Assembly (NCBI GenBank): GCA_036172245.1
Contig: JAYWIR010000046.1
Coordinates: 434,001-498,000, forward strand
Direction of reading: 5' to 3'
DNA: 64,000 nucleotides
Source of the DNA: Raillietiella orientalis
Lineage: Eukaryota
A program made the translations under genes and the position numbers. This document shows, piece by piece, positions 63,501 to 64,000 of the stretch (positions are counted from its first letter, which is position 1; every line of letters starts with the position of its first letter). The notes under the pieces are model-generated. The model had not been told where the DNA came from. It worked only from the letters and a program-made list of their open reading frames with translations, and did not search any database.

Positions 63501-64000
63501 GCTCAAGAAATCTGTGGCGCAAAATGCATCCGGTACGCAAGGGAAAAAGGTGGTTTTCAAAGCTAATCCCATGTTTCAGTTTTAGAATTGCAAAAATTTC
63601 TTGTCAGATTCATGAATTTCAACTTCCTATTTTTATTTTATTTTGTAAACCTCTCAGTCTTCAAATACAAGCCGTCTTCCATACCGCTAATGAAAAGCAA
63701 ATAACAGTCTCTCTTAGAAAACACTGAGGACATTTTTGTATTGGTGCCACAATCTTAGAATGCGCCAATTCGTATGTTAAGCAGGAACGAAGAACCGTTT
63801 AGCCGTCGGCTTTGAGCTTACAGACCTGCATGTGCACGTTTCTCGTCATTTGACGTCAGAGTGGGCATCTTCTTCGCCACTTGGGCGATGGGGTTTTTTG
63901 AACATTTGGGGGTTCTTCTGTACCTTTATTCTGGTATATGAGTGGGGGAATGGTTTTTGCTGCGAAATCACTGCATGCTTCCAAGAGTGGAGGATAGCTG

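Noticed and set aside
1..64000. CRISPR arrays, tRNA, rRNA, snRNA or prokaryotic operons
   Set aside because: None seen; the sequence is intron-containing animal DNA.

Overview
Eukaryotic genomic DNA, most likely from an arthropod; the species cannot be determined from the sequence. Five recognisable protein-coding genes: an intronless allatostatin-C/somatostatin-type GPCR (+, 19760-20974), cystinosin (+, 9 exons, 28224-31731), an NCBP2AS2-like microprotein (-, 31826-32035), mitochondrial ribosome-assembly GTPase MTG1 (+, 8 exons, 38501-~41535, with a U12-type AT-AA intron) and a divergent SLC13/Indy-like carboxylate transporter (+, 48038-63500, with two problematic junctions). The most unusual signal is on the minus strand. 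About 2.5-27 kb carries many splice-bounded, stop- and frameshift-riddled exon remnants with WD40 signatures. These look like about three tandem decayed WDR87/WDR97-like genes, and the intact GPCR appears nested antisense in one of them. Further decayed minus-strand exon remnants lie at ~35-36 kb, ~41.9-45.2 kb and inside SLC13 introns. Also present: a MITE-like inverted repeat, a young poly(A)/TSD retroposon insertion, a LINE fragment, an intronic duplication with an apparent conversion tract, and strong CpG depletion over the housekeeping genes. All family assignments come from manual translation and recall, not from database searches.
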